Below, piece after piece: positions 11,035 through 21,515 of a stretch of DNA of 64,000 bases; within the stretch, counting starts at the first letter, position 1, and every line of letters starts with the position of its first letter. The notes under the pieces were generated by a model that had not been told where the DNA came from, searched no databases, and worked only from the letters and a program-made list of their open reading frames with translations. The stretch is from an uncultured Alphaproteobacteria bacterium (lineage in GTDB: Bacteria; Pseudomonadota; Alphaproteobacteria; Methylaequorales; Methylaequoraceae). Location of the stretch: positions 26,975-90,974 of the forward strand of contig CACCYL010000004.1 of the NCBI GenBank assembly GCA_902550225.1, written 5' to 3'. The translations under genes and the position numbers were made by a program.

Positions 11035-11620
11035 TGAGTTTTTTTAGAGCAATACTTCTATGGTCAATAAATATTTTGTCGGAATGTGCCATCTGAGCAA
11101 AAGTCTTTTCATGACCCTCCGGAATAAAAAACGGGTCATAACCAAAGCCATTTTTTCCTTTAGGTGGCCAGACTATTTTTCCTTTAACTTCACCAAGATA
11201 CGAATAAATTAGATCCTTAGAAAATTTTATAGAAAGACAGCAAGTAAATTTTGCCGAAAAATCTTTAATTTTTTTTCTTTTAACATCTGAATATATCCTC
11301 TCCATTGCTTCAAACCATCCACCACATTTTTTTTGAAATCTGGATGAGTATATTCCTGGTTTCCCTCCCAGACTATTTATACTCAACCCAGAATCATCAG
11401 ATATTGCAATATACTTGTCAGGAATACTTTTAACCTTAATTAATGAATTTTCTTGGAAGGACTTTCCCGTCTCCTCAACATCTTTGATTCCGACATCATT
11501 TGAGGTAACTATCTGCAAGTTGTAATCTGCAAGAAGTGTTTTAAATTCATTAATTTTTCCCTCATTATGGCTTGCTATTACAATTTTGTCCCCTCTGTAA
11601 AATTTACTACTTAATTGCAT
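11009..11620 (-). CDS. rdgB: Non-canonical purine NTP pyrophosphatase (RdgB/HAM1)
   Basis: 203 aa. IVIASHNEGKINEF, FGYDPFF and AQM..DKI.IDHR motifs. Confidence 0.9.
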   Translation of the reverse strand: MQLSSKFYRGDKIVIASHNEGKINEFKTLLADYNLQIVTSNDVGIKDVEETGKSFQENSLIKVKSIPDKYIAISDDSGLSINSLGGKPGIYSSRFQKKCGGWFEAMERIYSDVKRKKIKDFSAKFTCCLSIKFSKDLIYSYLGEVKGKIVWPPKGKNGFGYDPFFIPEGHEKTFAQMAHSDKIFIDHRSIALKKLIKLHLSDS

Positions 11621-12320
11621 CTTGTTGAATTTTAAAAATATTTTTCATAGATCTTTCAGTCTTTGTAATCATCTCTGTTACAGAATTCAAATCAAATGTA
11701 TTTTCTTCACCTGATATTTGAATCTCTGAAAAACCAGATTTTCTGGATAAAACAAAATTTGCATCGACTTGAGCCACTGAATCTTCATCATAATCAAGAT
11801 CAATTAAAACTTTGTCGTTTACTATTCCACATGAAATAGCTGCAACAAAATCCTTTATTGGGTTTTTCTTTATCAAGCCCTTTCGCATAAACTTTTTTAT
11901 AGCTAAACATAAAGCGACATAACCGCCAGTTATGCTTGCAGTTCTAGTTCCGCCATCTGCTTGAAGAACGTCACAATCAATAATAATTTGGTATCCCGTT
12001 AGTTTTTCCAAGTTTACTACTGATCTTAAGGACCTTCCTATTAATCTTTGTATTTCTACAGTTCTTCCAGACTGTTTGCCAACTTTTGATTCTCTCTTGT
12101 TTCTTGAATTAGTTGATCCTGGAAGCATTCCGTACTCTGCTGTAATCCATCCAGTTTTTTTTTCTCTTAACCATTTTGGGATGTCTTCATCGATACTTGC
12201 CGTGCATATCACTTTTGTCATGCCATAATTTATAATACATGAACCATCTGCATTTTTATTTATGTTGACCTCTACAGAGATCTTTCTTGGTTCATGATTT
12301 TTCCTATTGAATTTTCTCAC
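11607..12320 (-). CDS. rph: Ribonuclease PH
   Basis: 237 aa. GRTVEIQRLIGRSLR and DCDVLQADGGTRTASITG motifs. Confidence 0.95.
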   Translation of the reverse strand: MRKFNRKNHEPRKISVEVNINKNADGSCIINYGMTKVICTASIDEDIPKWLREKKTGWITAEYGMLPGSTNSRNKRESKVGKQSGRTVEIQRLIGRSLRSVVNLEKLTGYQIIIDCDVLQADGGTRTASITGGYVALCLAIKKFMRKGLIKKNPIKDFVAAISCGIVNDKVLIDLDYDEDSVAQVDANFVLSRKSGFSEIQISGEENTFDLNSVTEMITKTERSMKNIFKIQQDAIK

Positions 12321-12361
12321 GTCAAAATATAACTTAGTTGAAGTTATGTATTTTTAATAGT

Positions 12362-13462
12362 ATGACAAAAAAAGACAATCCCAAATTATTAAAAAAAAAA
12401 ACAATTGATATTAAAAAGTCATATATTTTTGATTTAGACCAAAGATCAAAGCAGATATTTAAGTTGATTGTGAATGATTTTCTAAAAGACGGAAAACCTG
12501 TTGGTTCAAGAAAATTATCAATCAAAATGGGAGAAAAGCTTTCAGCGGCATCAGTTAGGAATGTAATGTTTGATTTACAAGAGGCTGGACTTTTAAGATC
12601 CAATCATACATCCTCAGGAAGGGTTCCAACAGACTTAGGTTTAAGATTCTTTGTAGACGGTTTGTTACAGGTTGGAAGAATAACAAATAATCAGTGTACA
12701 GAAATACAAAAGGTAATAAACAATCAGACTCAGAACGTAGAAGAAATGTTTAGTGAAACGAGTTCATTATTGTCAGGCTTGTTAGACTGTGCAGGAATAG
12801 TTTTAGCTCCAAAATTAGAGGGTTACATAAAACACATTGAGTTTGTTCCAGTAAGCAATGAAAAAGCTCTTGTTATTTTGGTAACAGACTCTGGAATAAT
12901 TGAAAATAGAATTATTGAGGTGCCAAAAGGATTGCCTCCTTCACTGTTAATAGAAACAACAAATTATTTAAATTCTATAATAAAGGGAAAAACACTCGAG
13001 GAAAGCAGAGAAATTATAAGCTCACAAATAAAAAATGACAGAAGAACTATAGACAAAGTGACTAAAAATCTTATTGATCAAGGATTCGCATGCTGGGACG
13101 ATGCAAGCAAAAAAAATAAATTAATTGTAACAGGTACATCGAAACTATTAGATGATGTAAAAGTAATGGAGCAGCTCGAAGATGTTAGATTATTAATTGA
13201 AAAGTTAGAGAATAAAAAAAATCTTGTTGGTGTCATTGATGAAACACTTCAAGCAGAGGGACTACAAATTTTTATTGGCTCCGAAAACAATTTGTTTGGC
13301 CTAACAGGATGTTCAACAATTATAAGCCCCTTTAAAAATAAAAAAAAAGAAATAATTGGAGCTATTGGTGTAATAGGTCCCATGAGAATAAATTATGCTA
13401 AAATTATTCCTGTAGTTGATTATACTGCAAAATTAATCGGTGAAAAATTTGAGATTAAATAA
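12362..13462 (+). CDS. hrcA: Heat-inducible transcription repressor HrcA
   Basis: LDQRSKQIFKLIVNDFLKDGKPVGSRKLS winged-helix N-terminus and IGVIGPMRINY C-terminal motif. First gene of hrcA-grpE. The track ORF begins at TTG 12338; the ATG at 12362 is preferred. Confidence 0.9.
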   Translation: MTKKDNPKLLKKKTIDIKKSYIFDLDQRSKQIFKLIVNDFLKDGKPVGSRKLSIKMGEKLSAASVRNVMFDLQEAGLLRSNHTSSGRVPTDLGLRFFVDGLLQVGRITNNQCTEIQKVINNQTQNVEEMFSETSSLLSGLLDCAGIVLAPKLEGYIKHIEFVPVSNEKALVILVTDSGIIENRIIEVPKGLPPSLLIETTNYLNSIIKGKTLEESREIISSQIKNDRRTIDKVTKNLIDQGFACWDDASKKNKLIVTGTSKLLDDVKVMEQLEDVRLLIEKLENKKNLVGVIDETLQAEGLQIFIGSENNLFGLTGCSTIISPFKNKKKEIIGAIGVIGPMRINYAKIIPVVDYTAKLIGEKFEIK

Positions 13463-13482
13463 TACAAATTAAAGGAGACAAG

Positions 13483-14079
13483 ATGAAAAAATCCACTACA
13501 GAAAATGAAAAAAAAATGGACAAAACATTTGACAAAAAAGAGTTAAAAAAAGAAGCAAAAATATCTAAAAATCAACACGGCTCTGAAACTAACAATCAAA
13601 AAATTATTGCAGATTTGAAAATTAAACTAAAAGAAGCTGAAGACAAGCTTCTTAGAGAGTTGGCTGAAAATGAAAATTTGCGAAAAAGGCATGAAAAGGA
13701 ATCTCAAGAAAATTTAAAGTATGCAATAAGAAATTTTTCTACTGAATTATTAAATGTAACTGACAACTTTCAAAGAGCTCTTAGTTCAATACCAAGAGAA
13801 AATTTAGGGGAAAATGTAATGTTAAAAAACCTTGTTATAGGTCTTGAAGCAGTTGAAAAAGAAATCTATGAGATTTTTGAAAGAAACGGTGTTGTTCGTT
13901 TTGACTCTCTAGAGAAAAAGTTTAACCCGGAAATTCATCAAGCTGTTTCCAAAAAGAATAGTGATAAACCGGAGGGAACAATAATTGAAGAACTAGCTAA
14001 AGGTTTCATGATCGGAGAACGACTTTTAAGACCGGCAATGGTTGTTGTTTCTTCAGGAAAAAACCAAGAAGAGAAATAA
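13483..14079 (+). CDS. grpE: Nucleotide exchange factor GrpE
   Basis: 198 aa. Coiled-coil N-terminus, F.P..H.A (FNPEIHQAV) and GERLLRPAMVVV C-terminal motif. GGAG Shine-Dalgarno upstream. Confidence 0.92.
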   Translation: MKKSTTENEKKMDKTFDKKELKKEAKISKNQHGSETNNQKIIADLKIKLKEAEDKLLRELAENENLRKRHEKESQENLKYAIRNFSTELLNVTDNFQRALSSIPRENLGENVMLKNLVIGLEAVEKEIYEIFERNGVVRFDSLEKKFNPEIHQAVSKKNSDKPEGTIIEELAKGFMIGERLLRPAMVVVSSGKNQEEK

Positions 14080-14308
14080 ATGCTTAAACATCAAATTTTC
14101 GAAGTGTAATTTTAATTCTGCAATCTCTCGTGAAACAATGAAAATGACAAGCATTCATAATATTTTCGCATTTTTTGGATTTTTTTCTTGATCTGAAGCA
14201 GTTACTTATAATATAAAAAAGATAGCTTTATTAATAATTAATGTTTAGTGCCTTCTAGGGCTAAACATCAATTCTGTCCAATAGAACTAGGAAGAAAAGG
14301 AGCACAAT

Positions 14309-16291
14309 ATGACAGTTATAGGCATAGACCTCGGTACAACAAATTCATGCGTCGCCATCATGGATGGCAAAGAACCAAAAGTTATAGAAAATGTGGAAGG
14401 CTCTCGAACAACTCCTTCAATGGTTGCATTTGCGGAAAACAATGAGCAACTGGTAGGTCAATCTGCGAAAAGACAAGCCGTAACTAACCCTGAAAAAACA
14501 TTGTTTGCCATCAAAAGATTAGTCGGTAGAAGAATGGATGATCCCTCTGTTAAAAAAGACTCTGATGTATTGCCTTACAAAATTGTTGCAGGTGAGAATG
14601 ACGATGCTTGGGTTTTAATTGACGACAAGAAATATTCCCCCAGTCAGATAAGTGCTATGATATTGCAAAAAATGAAAGAAACTGCTGAAAAGTTTCTAGG
14701 AAAACCAGTCAAGGAAGCAGTAATAACTGTTCCCGCATATTTCAATGATGCACAAAGGCAAGCCACCAAGGATGCTGGTAAAATTGCAGGACTTGATGTT
14801 AAAAGAATTATAAATGAACCTACAGCTGCAGCACTTGCATATGGTTTGGATAAAAAGAAAACTGGAACCGTAGCGGTCTATGATCTCGGAGGAGGAACAT
14901 TTGATGTTTCAATATTGGAAATTGGCGATGGAGTTTTCGAAGTCAAAGCAACTAACGGAGACACTAAACTAGGTGGTGAAGATTTCGACAATGTATTGAT
15001 AGACTATTTTGCTTCAGAATTTAAAAAAGAACAATCTATTGATTTGAAGACTGACAAACTTGCTCTTCAAAGATTAAAAGAAGCGGCCGAAAAGGCAAAG
15101 ATTGAATTGTCTACTACCCCTCAAACAGAAGTCAACCTTCCTTTCATTACAGCAGATGCATCTGGTCCTAAGCATTTAAATATTAAACTTTCAAGATCAA
15201 AATTTGAAACTTTGGTATCCGATTTAATTGATAGGTCAATTGAGCCATGCAAAAAAGCGCTCAAAGATGCAGGTTTAAGCGCTGGAGAAATTAACGATGT
15301 TATCTTGGTTGGAGGTATGACTAGGATGCCAAAAGTTATTGAAGCAGTAAAAAATTTTTTCGGAAAAGAACCCAATAGAAGTGTAAATCCAGACGAAGTT
15401 GTGGCACTAGGAGCTGCTGTTCAGGGAGGTGTTTTGTCAGGTGATGTAAAAGATGTTTTATTGCTTGACGTAACTCCATTATCTTTGGGCATTGAAACTC
15501 TTGGGGGTGTGTTTACAAAACTAATTGAAAAAAATACCACAATACCAACTAATAAGAGTCAAATTTTCTCAACTGCTGATGATAACCAATCCGCTGTAAC
15601 AATTAGAGTTTTTCAAGGCGAGAGACAAATAGCAGCTGACAACAAATTACTTGGTCAGTTCGATCTTGTTGGAATCCCCCCTGCGCCAAAAGGGTCACCT
15701 CAAATTGAAGTTACATTCGACATTGATGCCAATGGAATTGTTAAGGTATCAGCAAAAGACAAAGCAACAGGCAAAGAACACCAAATTCAGATTAAAGCTT
15801 CTGGGGGTTTATCTGATGAAGAAATTGATAAGATGGTAAAAGATGCCGAAGCCAATGCAGACGCTGACAAAAAAAAGCTAGAAACTATTGAAGCCAGAAA
15901 TAATGCTGATTCAATCATACATAGTACTGAGAAGAGTTTAAAAGAACATGGTTCAAAAATACCAAAAGAAGATAAAGAAAAAATCGAAAAATCATTGGAA
16001 ATTCTTAAAGAAACATTAAAAGATGAAAAGGTCGACACCAAAGTTTTGAAAGAAAAAACTGACTCACTAATTCAAGATTCAATGAAATTAGGTGAAATAA
16101 TGTACAAGGAGGCTCAGGAAAAAGCTGCAAAAGAATCTAAAGAAACAGGTGAAAAAAATCAATCAGGTAAAGGAAAAGATAAAAAGAAGCAAAGTAAAAA
16201 GGATCCAGAGGTAATGGATGCTGACTTTGAGGATGTCACCGAAAAAAAATCAAAAAAGGATGACGGTGATAAAAAGGAAAAATCAGCATAA
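14309..16291 (+). CDS. dnaK: Molecular chaperone DnaK (Hsp70)
   Basis: 660 aa. [23 protein letters not shown] and [13 protein letters not shown] Hsp70 signatures. AAGGAG Shine-Dalgarno. Confidence 0.99.
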   Translation: MTVIGIDLGTTNSCVAIMDGKEPKVIENVEGSRTTPSMVAFAENNEQLVGQSAKRQAVTNPEKTLFAIKRLVGRRMDDPSVKKDSDVLPYKIVAGENDDAWVLIDDKKYSPSQISAMILQKMKETAEKFLGKPVKEAVITVPAYFNDAQRQATKDAGKIAGLDVKRIINEPTAAALAYGLDKKKTGTVAVYDLGGGTFDVSILEIGDGVFEVKATNGDTKLGGEDFDNVLIDYFASEFKKEQSIDLKTDKLALQRLKEAAEKAKIELSTTPQTEVNLPFITADASGPKHLNIKLSRSKFETLVSDLIDRSIEPCKKALKDAGLSAGEINDVILVGGMTRMPKVIEAVKNFFGKEPNRSVNPDEVVALGAAVQGGVLSGDVKDVLLLDVTPLSLGIETLGGVFTKLIEKNTTIPTNKSQIFSTADDNQSAVTIRVFQGERQIAADNKLLGQFDLVGIPPAPKGSPQIEVTFDIDANGIVKVSAKDKATGKEHQIQIKASGGLSDEEIDKMVKDAEANADADKKKLETIEARNNADSIIHSTEKSLKEHGSKIPKEDKEKIEKSLEILKETLKDEKVDTKVLKEKTDSLIQDSMKLGEIMYKEAQEKAAKESKETGEKNQSGKGKDKKKQSKKDPEVMDADFEDVTEKKSKKDDGDKKEKSA

Positions 16292-16303
16292 CTCTTTAGT
16301 AAT

Positions 16304-17425
16304 ATGCCAAAAAATGATTATTATGATGTCCTTGGTGTTTCTAGGGATTCCGATTCTGCAACTATCAAGAGCTCATACCGCAAGTTAGCTATGAAATATC
16401 ACCCTGACAAAAATCAGGGTGATCAAGAGGCTGAGACTAAGTTTAAAGAAATCTCAGAGGCTTATGAGGTCCTATCTAACCCAGAAAAAAAAGAAGCTTA
16501 TGATACTTATGGACATGATGCCTTTTCACAAACTGGTGGAGGGTTCTCTGAAGGTTTTGGTGGTGGCTTTGGAAATTTTTCCGACATATTTGAGGACTTC
16601 TTTGGTGATCTAGGCGGGAGGTCTTCAAAAAGAAGGGAACAAAGAGGGCAAGATTTAAAATACGAAATAGATGTTGATTTAAGGGAAGCTTATACTGGAA
16701 TAAAAAAAGAAATTTCTTTTGATACCCTTATACGATGCAGCGACTGCAATGGTTCAGGATCTGAAAAAGGGAACGGACTGAGAGACTGTGATGTTTGTGG
16801 AGGGTCAGGAAGAACAAGAGCTTCTCAGGGTTTTTTCACCGTTGAACGAACATGCTCCTCTTGTGGTGGCGCAGGGCAGGTAATTACGGACCCCTGTAAT
16901 ACGTGTAATGGAGAAGGAAGAAGAAGAAAAAATAGAAAACTTGAAGTGAACATTCCTGCTGGAGTTGAGGATGGAAGCAGAATTAGACTTTCTGGAGAGG
17001 GTGCCGTAGGTCAGAATGGTTCATCACCAGGAGATCTCTATTTGTTTGTAAGTATGCCTGAACATTCAATTTTTGGAAGAAATGGTACTGAGATATTCTG
17101 CAACGTTCCAATTTCTATTGTCGACGCATCGCTTGGAGGTTCTGTAGAGGTTCCAACAGTTTCAGGTGGAAAAGTTAAAGTAAAAGTTCCAGCTGGTTCT
17201 CAGCACGGTGATCAATTTAGGTTGAATGGAAAAGGGATGCCAACAATTAGGTCAACATCTTTTGGTGATATGATCATTTCACTGATAGTTGAAATTCCAA
17301 CAAATTTATCAGAAAATCAGAAAAGATTACTTAACGAATTTAATCAAGAGCTCAATCAAAATAATAGTCCAGAAAAGTCAGGTTTTTTCTCAAAAGTAAA
17401 AGACTTTTGGGATGGTTTAACCTAA
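16304..17425 (+). CDS. dnaJ: Molecular chaperone DnaJ
   Basis: J-domain with HPD, a G/F-rich linker, and four CxxCxGxG zinc-finger repeats. Confidence 0.98.
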   Translation: MPKNDYYDVLGVSRDSDSATIKSSYRKLAMKYHPDKNQGDQEAETKFKEISEAYEVLSNPEKKEAYDTYGHDAFSQTGGGFSEGFGGGFGNFSDIFEDFFGDLGGRSSKRREQRGQDLKYEIDVDLREAYTGIKKEISFDTLIRCSDCNGSGSEKGNGLRDCDVCGGSGRTRASQGFFTVERTCSSCGGAGQVITDPCNTCNGEGRRRKNRKLEVNIPAGVEDGSRIRLSGEGAVGQNGSSPGDLYLFVSMPEHSIFGRNGTEIFCNVPISIVDASLGGSVEVPTVSGGKVKVKVPAGSQHGDQFRLNGKGMPTIRSTSFGDMIISLIVEIPTNLSENQKRLLNEFNQELNQNNSPEKSGFFSKVKDFWDGLT

Positions 17426-17434
17426 AGTTGTAAA

Positions 17435-18217
17435 ATGAAAAAAATTAAAATTGGAATTTTTGGTCCCGGAGGGAGAATGGGGAGCGATCTTTTAGAACAA
17501 ATTAAAAATTTCAACTCATTAGAACTCAAGGTTTTATGCGAAAAGGGAAAGCATAAAGATGTTGGAAAAACAGTTTCAGGTATCGTGATTTGCGATGATA
17601 TAAATAATTTAATCAAATACAGTGACGTTATTATCGATTTTACAGTTCCCGCAGCTACCATCAATTTATTAAAGGTGATGCATGATTTAAAAACAAAAAC
17701 AGCTTTAGTGACTGGAACTACTGGATACACGAAGACAGAAGAGAAGAAATTTCAAGGATTAGTTAATGGCAGAAAAGTTTTACGATCATTTAATATGAGC
17801 ATTGGAATAAATTTAATGAAAAATTTAATCAAAGTTGCTTCTAAAAATATTTCGTCTCAGTCTGATATTGAGATAGTTGAAATCCATCACAACCAAAAAA
17901 AAGATATACCGTCTGGAACAGCTATTTCTCTGGCTAAATCAGTTCAAGAGGGTTTTAAAGGGATTGCTAAGTTTTCATATAGAGAAGAAAATAAAAATAA
18001 AGTGAGAGGAAAGAACGAGATTGGTTTTGCTTCGATCCGAGGTGGAGACGTAATAGGAGAACACACAGTTTATTTTTTTTTAAATGGAGAAAGAATTGAA
18101 TTAAAACACATGGCATCAAGTAGAAAAATTTTTTCAGTTGGAGCTTTAAAAGCTGCAAGTTGGTTGCACCAAAAAAAGGCGGGCTTGTATACAATTTCAG
18201 ATATGCTAAAAGAGTAG
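17435..18217 (+). CDS. dapB: 4-hydroxy-tetrahydrodipicolinate reductase
   Basis: 260 aa. GIFGPGGRMG nucleotide-binding motif and EIVEIHHNQKKDIPSGTA motif. Confidence 0.9.
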   Translation: MKKIKIGIFGPGGRMGSDLLEQIKNFNSLELKVLCEKGKHKDVGKTVSGIVICDDINNLIKYSDVIIDFTVPAATINLLKVMHDLKTKTALVTGTTGYTKTEEKKFQGLVNGRKVLRSFNMSIGINLMKNLIKVASKNISSQSDIEIVEIHHNQKKDIPSGTAISLAKSVQEGFKGIAKFSYREENKNKVRGKNEIGFASIRGGDVIGEHTVYFFLNGERIELKHMASSRKIFSVGALKAASWLHQKKAGLYTISDMLKE

Positions 18218-18219
18218 TC

Positions 18220-18780
18220 ATGATTTTTCATAAAAAATTAAATATTTTTCTAATTTTATTTTTTTTAATAGTTTCATGCGAAAATAAAGTTTCTGAAACT
18301 GACCTAAAAGAATACAAAGAAATTATGGATATTAGGCTTGGTCATTTAGGAAATGCAATTATCCTTCAAGGTAGATTGTTGGATGCTTTTAACCTAAGAA
18401 ATGACAGAGCAGATGAAGATCATTTCAAGGAGGCCGAAGAATTAATACAAGGGCATCTAAAGTCTTTTGGTAGACCAGACGATTTAAGAAAGCTCGATAT
18501 TCCTAATTCAGCTAAATTAAACGAAATTCATAATTCTTTAATTGAAGTGTCTGAACTATTAATAGCTGCAACTAACGCTCTTGAAGATAATGCTTGGCTT
18601 GGGGGCTCAGTTTCTTTTGCAGAGCGAAATCTAGATGTAGCTAGATTTAATTTTCAAAATGCTGTTAAATTCGTATACCAAGTAACAGATGAAAATGAGA
18701 TAAGACCCGTCACCGAATATGAAGAATATGATGTAGGTGATATTCCGGACGAGTTTAAGAAACTAAATCAGAATAAGTAG
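18220..18780 (+). CDS. Hypothetical lipoprotein
   Basis: An internal ATG gives MIFHKKLNIFLILFFLIVSC (signal plus lipobox). I recognise no family. Confidence 0.45.
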   Translation: MIFHKKLNIFLILFFLIVSCENKVSETDLKEYKEIMDIRLGHLGNAIILQGRLLDAFNLRNDRADEDHFKEAEELIQGHLKSFGRPDDLRKLDIPNSAKLNEIHNSLIEVSELLIAATNALEDNAWLGGSVSFAERNLDVARFNFQNAVKFVYQVTDENEIRPVTEYEEYDVGDIPDEFKKLNQNK

Positions 18781-18781
18781 G

Positions 18782-19696
18782 TTAATTGCTTTTTACAAAC
18801 ATTGAACGATTTGTCACCCATCCTCCAACAACAATTAAAAGAAGACCATAAATCATATTTTCAGTTAAGTTCTCATCCAAAAAAATATATCCCCACAAAG
18901 ACCCAAAGCATGGAATAAGAAAATTACTTTGACTCGCAAAAACAGCTGATTTGATCTTAATAAGATTAAAGAAAATCAAAATTGCAAATCCTGTACATAC
19001 AATTCCCAATACTGTAGCTGAGAGAAAACTCTCAAATGAAATATTAAGTAATAATTGTTTTTCAAAATTGTTTAAAGAAATAAAATTAAGAATAAAAATA
19101 GGAAAAGCTAATAACATAGCTAGAATAGTTGTAAAGGTAGCAATTTCAATTGGAGAGTTGTCTTGTATTTTCTTTACAAAATTTGCTGATAGTCCATAAA
19201 AAAAAGCTGACAAAATTATTAATAAAGAAAAATTAAACGCTACTGATTCAAGTGAGATGCTAAACGGATTTATAAAAATTAACATACCAATAAAACCCAA
19301 TAATAAACCTATAATACTTACAAAATCTAAACTTTTATTTTTTGATACAAAATAAGCAATTATATATGTAAAAAGTGGCATTGTGCCTATAAGAGAAGCA
19401 GCAACGATACTTTCCACGTAAATTTCGCTTAAACTTATTAGATTAAAGGGAAGAACATTCCCAAAAATCGCAACGCCAAATAGTAGTTTTTTATTATTGG
19501 CGAAAATACCATTAAAAAACCCTTTTTTACAAAAACAAATGAGAAACAGTGAAGCAATAAAAAGTCTATAAAAAGTCAAAAGACTAGGAGGAATACTTAC
19601 AATACTTAGTTTAATGAATAGGAATGAACTTCCCCAAATTGCTGACAGTAAAATTAATGATATGTAGCTCTGAAAGGTTAAATTTAAATTTTTCAG
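18782..19696 (-). CDS. EamA/DMT-family transporter
   Basis: Polytopic membrane protein. The conserved EamA N-terminal helix (LILLSAIWGSSFLFIKL) is encoded in frame upstream of the first canonical start (TTG 19579). Only a CTG at 19696 precedes it after the in-frame stop at 19700-19702. Confidence 0.7.
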   Translation of the reverse strand: MKNLNLTFQSYISLILLSAIWGSSFLFIKLSIVSIPPSLLTFYRLFIASLFLICFCKKGFFNGIFANNKKLLFGVAIFGNVLPFNLISLSEIYVESIVAASLIGTMPLFTYIIAYFVSKNKSLDFVSIIGLLLGFIGMLIFINPFSISLESVAFNFSLLIILSAFFYGLSANFVKKIQDNSPIEIATFTTILAMLLAFPIFILNFISLNNFEKQLLLNISFESFLSATVLGIVCTGFAILIFFNLIKIKSAVFASQSNFLIPCFGSLWGYIFLDENLTENMIYGLLLIVVGGWVTNRSMFVKSN

Positions 19697-20169
19697 ATCT
19701 TACTCATTTTGTTATTTAAAAGTTGTAATGCCGATTCAATTTGTGTGAAAAGTTTCCTTTTATCGTTATAATTCAGAAATGAACCTAGAAGAACAACCTT
19801 GTCTTTAGACTTGACTATTAAATTATGTTGGTGTCTTGCGGGATTAGATATTTCAACTTTAGTCCAATAAGGTTCAAGGTTCCAGGTTTGTTTTTTTCCA
19901 GATGGAAAATTTCGAGTAATGAGTAAGTTTTGTTGAATAATTTTGACAGTTTCAAAGATTTCACCAGATTTGTAGTTTATTTTAAAGGCATAATACAGAA
20001 GTAATACGTCTAACCCTAAAAAACCGAAAACTGGCCATGCTCCTATATACCAGAAGAAAACCCCAACGAGAAAAAAAATTAATGAGACAATAAACATTAA
20101 GTTTCTGAATCCTTTTTTGGATAAGCTTCTGTAAGGAAGTACAGTTATGTCCAGAAAAGTTTTTTCCAT
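19693..20169 (-). CDS. DUF2244-like integral membrane protein
   Basis: 158 aa. PYRSLSKKGF followed by two TM helices and a soluble C-terminal domain, as in alphaproteobacterial DUF2244 proteins. Confidence 0.5.
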   Translation of the reverse strand: MEKTFLDITVLPYRSLSKKGFRNLMFIVSLIFFLVGVFFWYIGAWPVFGFLGLDVLLLYYAFKINYKSGEIFETVKIIQQNLLITRNFPSGKKQTWNLEPYWTKVEISNPARHQHNLIVKSKDKVVLLGSFLNYNDKRKLFTQIESALQLLNNKMSKI

Positions 20170-20275
20170 AGTAATAATATATAAATAATTTTTTTTATTT
20201 TTTAAAGTTAAATTTCTGTGAAATATGTATGAAATTCTATACTATCTAAATTTAAATTATAAAGGAAAAAATTTT

Positions 20276-21244
20276 ATGAATAAAAAAATTTTAGGAATGG
20301 GAAATGCTGTTTTAGATATTGTGTCCTCTGTTTCAGACGATTTTCTGGTAAATGCAAATTTAACAAAAGGGGCTATGACATTGGTAGATCAGAATGTATC
20401 TGATAAAATTTTAAAAGAAATTAACCCAATAAAAAAAGATTCTGGCGGGTCAGTTGCAAATACAATGGTGGGAATCTCACTTCTAGGATTAAATTCATTT
20501 TTTTGTGGAAAAGTCAGGGACGATGAGCTTGGCGACGAATTTATTTCAGATATGGAAAAAACTAAAACTAAATTTCTTTGCAAACAATCCACTCAAGGTT
20601 TGCCGACTGCAAGATGTATAGTTTTTGTTTCACCAGACGGTGAACGATCAATGCAAACTTTCTTAGGAGCGAGTACAACTCTTGGGGAGGAGGATATAAA
20701 ATCTGATTTTTTTAATGATATAGATTATTTATTAATTGAAGGTTACTTATGGAGTTCAAAAAGTGCAAGAGAGGCAATTTATAAGGCTATCGAAATTGCG
20801 AAAATTAAAAAAATTAAAATAGTTTTTTCACTATCTGATCCAAACTTAGTGAAGATGTACAGAGATGATTTTCTAAAACTTTTAAAGTCTGAGATAAATA
20901 TTTTAATAGGTAACGAACATGAATTTAAAGAATTATTAGGTAATGACAATTTATTAAATTTTTTAAAAACACAAACAGTTGAAATTTTACTTAAAACAAT
21001 GGGTGATAAGGGTGTTGAAGTCGTTGATTCTCATGGATCTGAAATAATACCTTCATTCCAAGTTGAATCGGTGTTAGATACCACAGGAGCTGGAGACATG
21101 TTTGCTGCTGGATTTTTATACAAGTTATTAAAAGGTGAGCCCCCAAAAAAGTCTGCTTTATTTGGTTGCAAAGTTGCGTCATTGATCATTCAGCAATACG
21201 GAGCCAGACTAACAGAAGAGACTTTGAGCAATTTATCTAACTAG
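20276..21244 (+). CDS. PfkB-family kinase (adenosine kinase-like)
   Basis: ILGMGNAVLDI N-terminus and DTTGAGDMFAAGF ATP/anion-hole motif. The internal ATG at 20276 is preferred over the track start at 20225. Confidence 0.75.
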   Translation: MNKKILGMGNAVLDIVSSVSDDFLVNANLTKGAMTLVDQNVSDKILKEINPIKKDSGGSVANTMVGISLLGLNSFFCGKVRDDELGDEFISDMEKTKTKFLCKQSTQGLPTARCIVFVSPDGERSMQTFLGASTTLGEEDIKSDFFNDIDYLLIEGYLWSSKSAREAIYKAIEIAKIKKIKIVFSLSDPNLVKMYRDDFLKLLKSEINILIGNEHEFKELLGNDNLLNFLKTQTVEILLKTMGDKGVEVVDSHGSEIIPSFQVESVLDTTGAGDMFAAGFLYKLLKGEPPKKSALFGCKVASLIIQQYGARLTEETLSNLSN

Positions 21245-21473
21245 TTAAAAAAAAGTTGATTATTCCAAATGCAAAAATTGGTATTTGAAAACCAAAATTT
21301 GTGAGAATCGCTTTGTCCCTTAATAGGTAGCCGCTAACACTCCAGAATATTACACCTGAACCATGTAAGAAAATATTTAAAGGATAATAATTAAGGTTTG
21401 TCAAAAGTATACCACTTAAGACAAGAATGGTACCTATCCATTTATTTACTTCTGCAATTTTATTCATCAGCAA
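21237..21473 (-). CDS. Small membrane protein, unknown function
   Basis: 78 aa, three predicted hydrophobic helices. 42 nt downstream of the GT2-GT9 gene on the same strand. Confidence 0.35.
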   Translation of the reverse strand: MLMNKIAEVNKWIGTILVLSGILLTNLNYYPLNIFLHGSGVIFWSVSGYLLRDKAILTNFGFQIPIFAFGIINFFLTS

Positions 21474-21515
21474 GATAATTTCATAAGATATGATTATATT
21501 TTGGTTTTGGCCTCT

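Noticed and set aside
12334-12603. 89-aa minus-strand ORF opposite the hrcA 5' end.
   Set aside because: It is antisense to the conserved HrcA N-terminal winged helix and has no recognisable motifs.
14241-14268. CIRCE operator for HrcA upstream of dnaK, and also near hrcA at 12321-12361.
   Set aside because: The inverted repeat ATGTTTAG...CTAAACAT does not match TTAGCACTC-N9-GAGTGCTAA. CIRCE is probably at groESL outside this window.
14248-14445. 65-aa ORF overlapping the dnaK start.
   Set aside because: It is out of frame with an unambiguous dnaK, Arg/His-rich, has no Shine-Dalgarno and uses a GTG start. I take it as a frame artefact.
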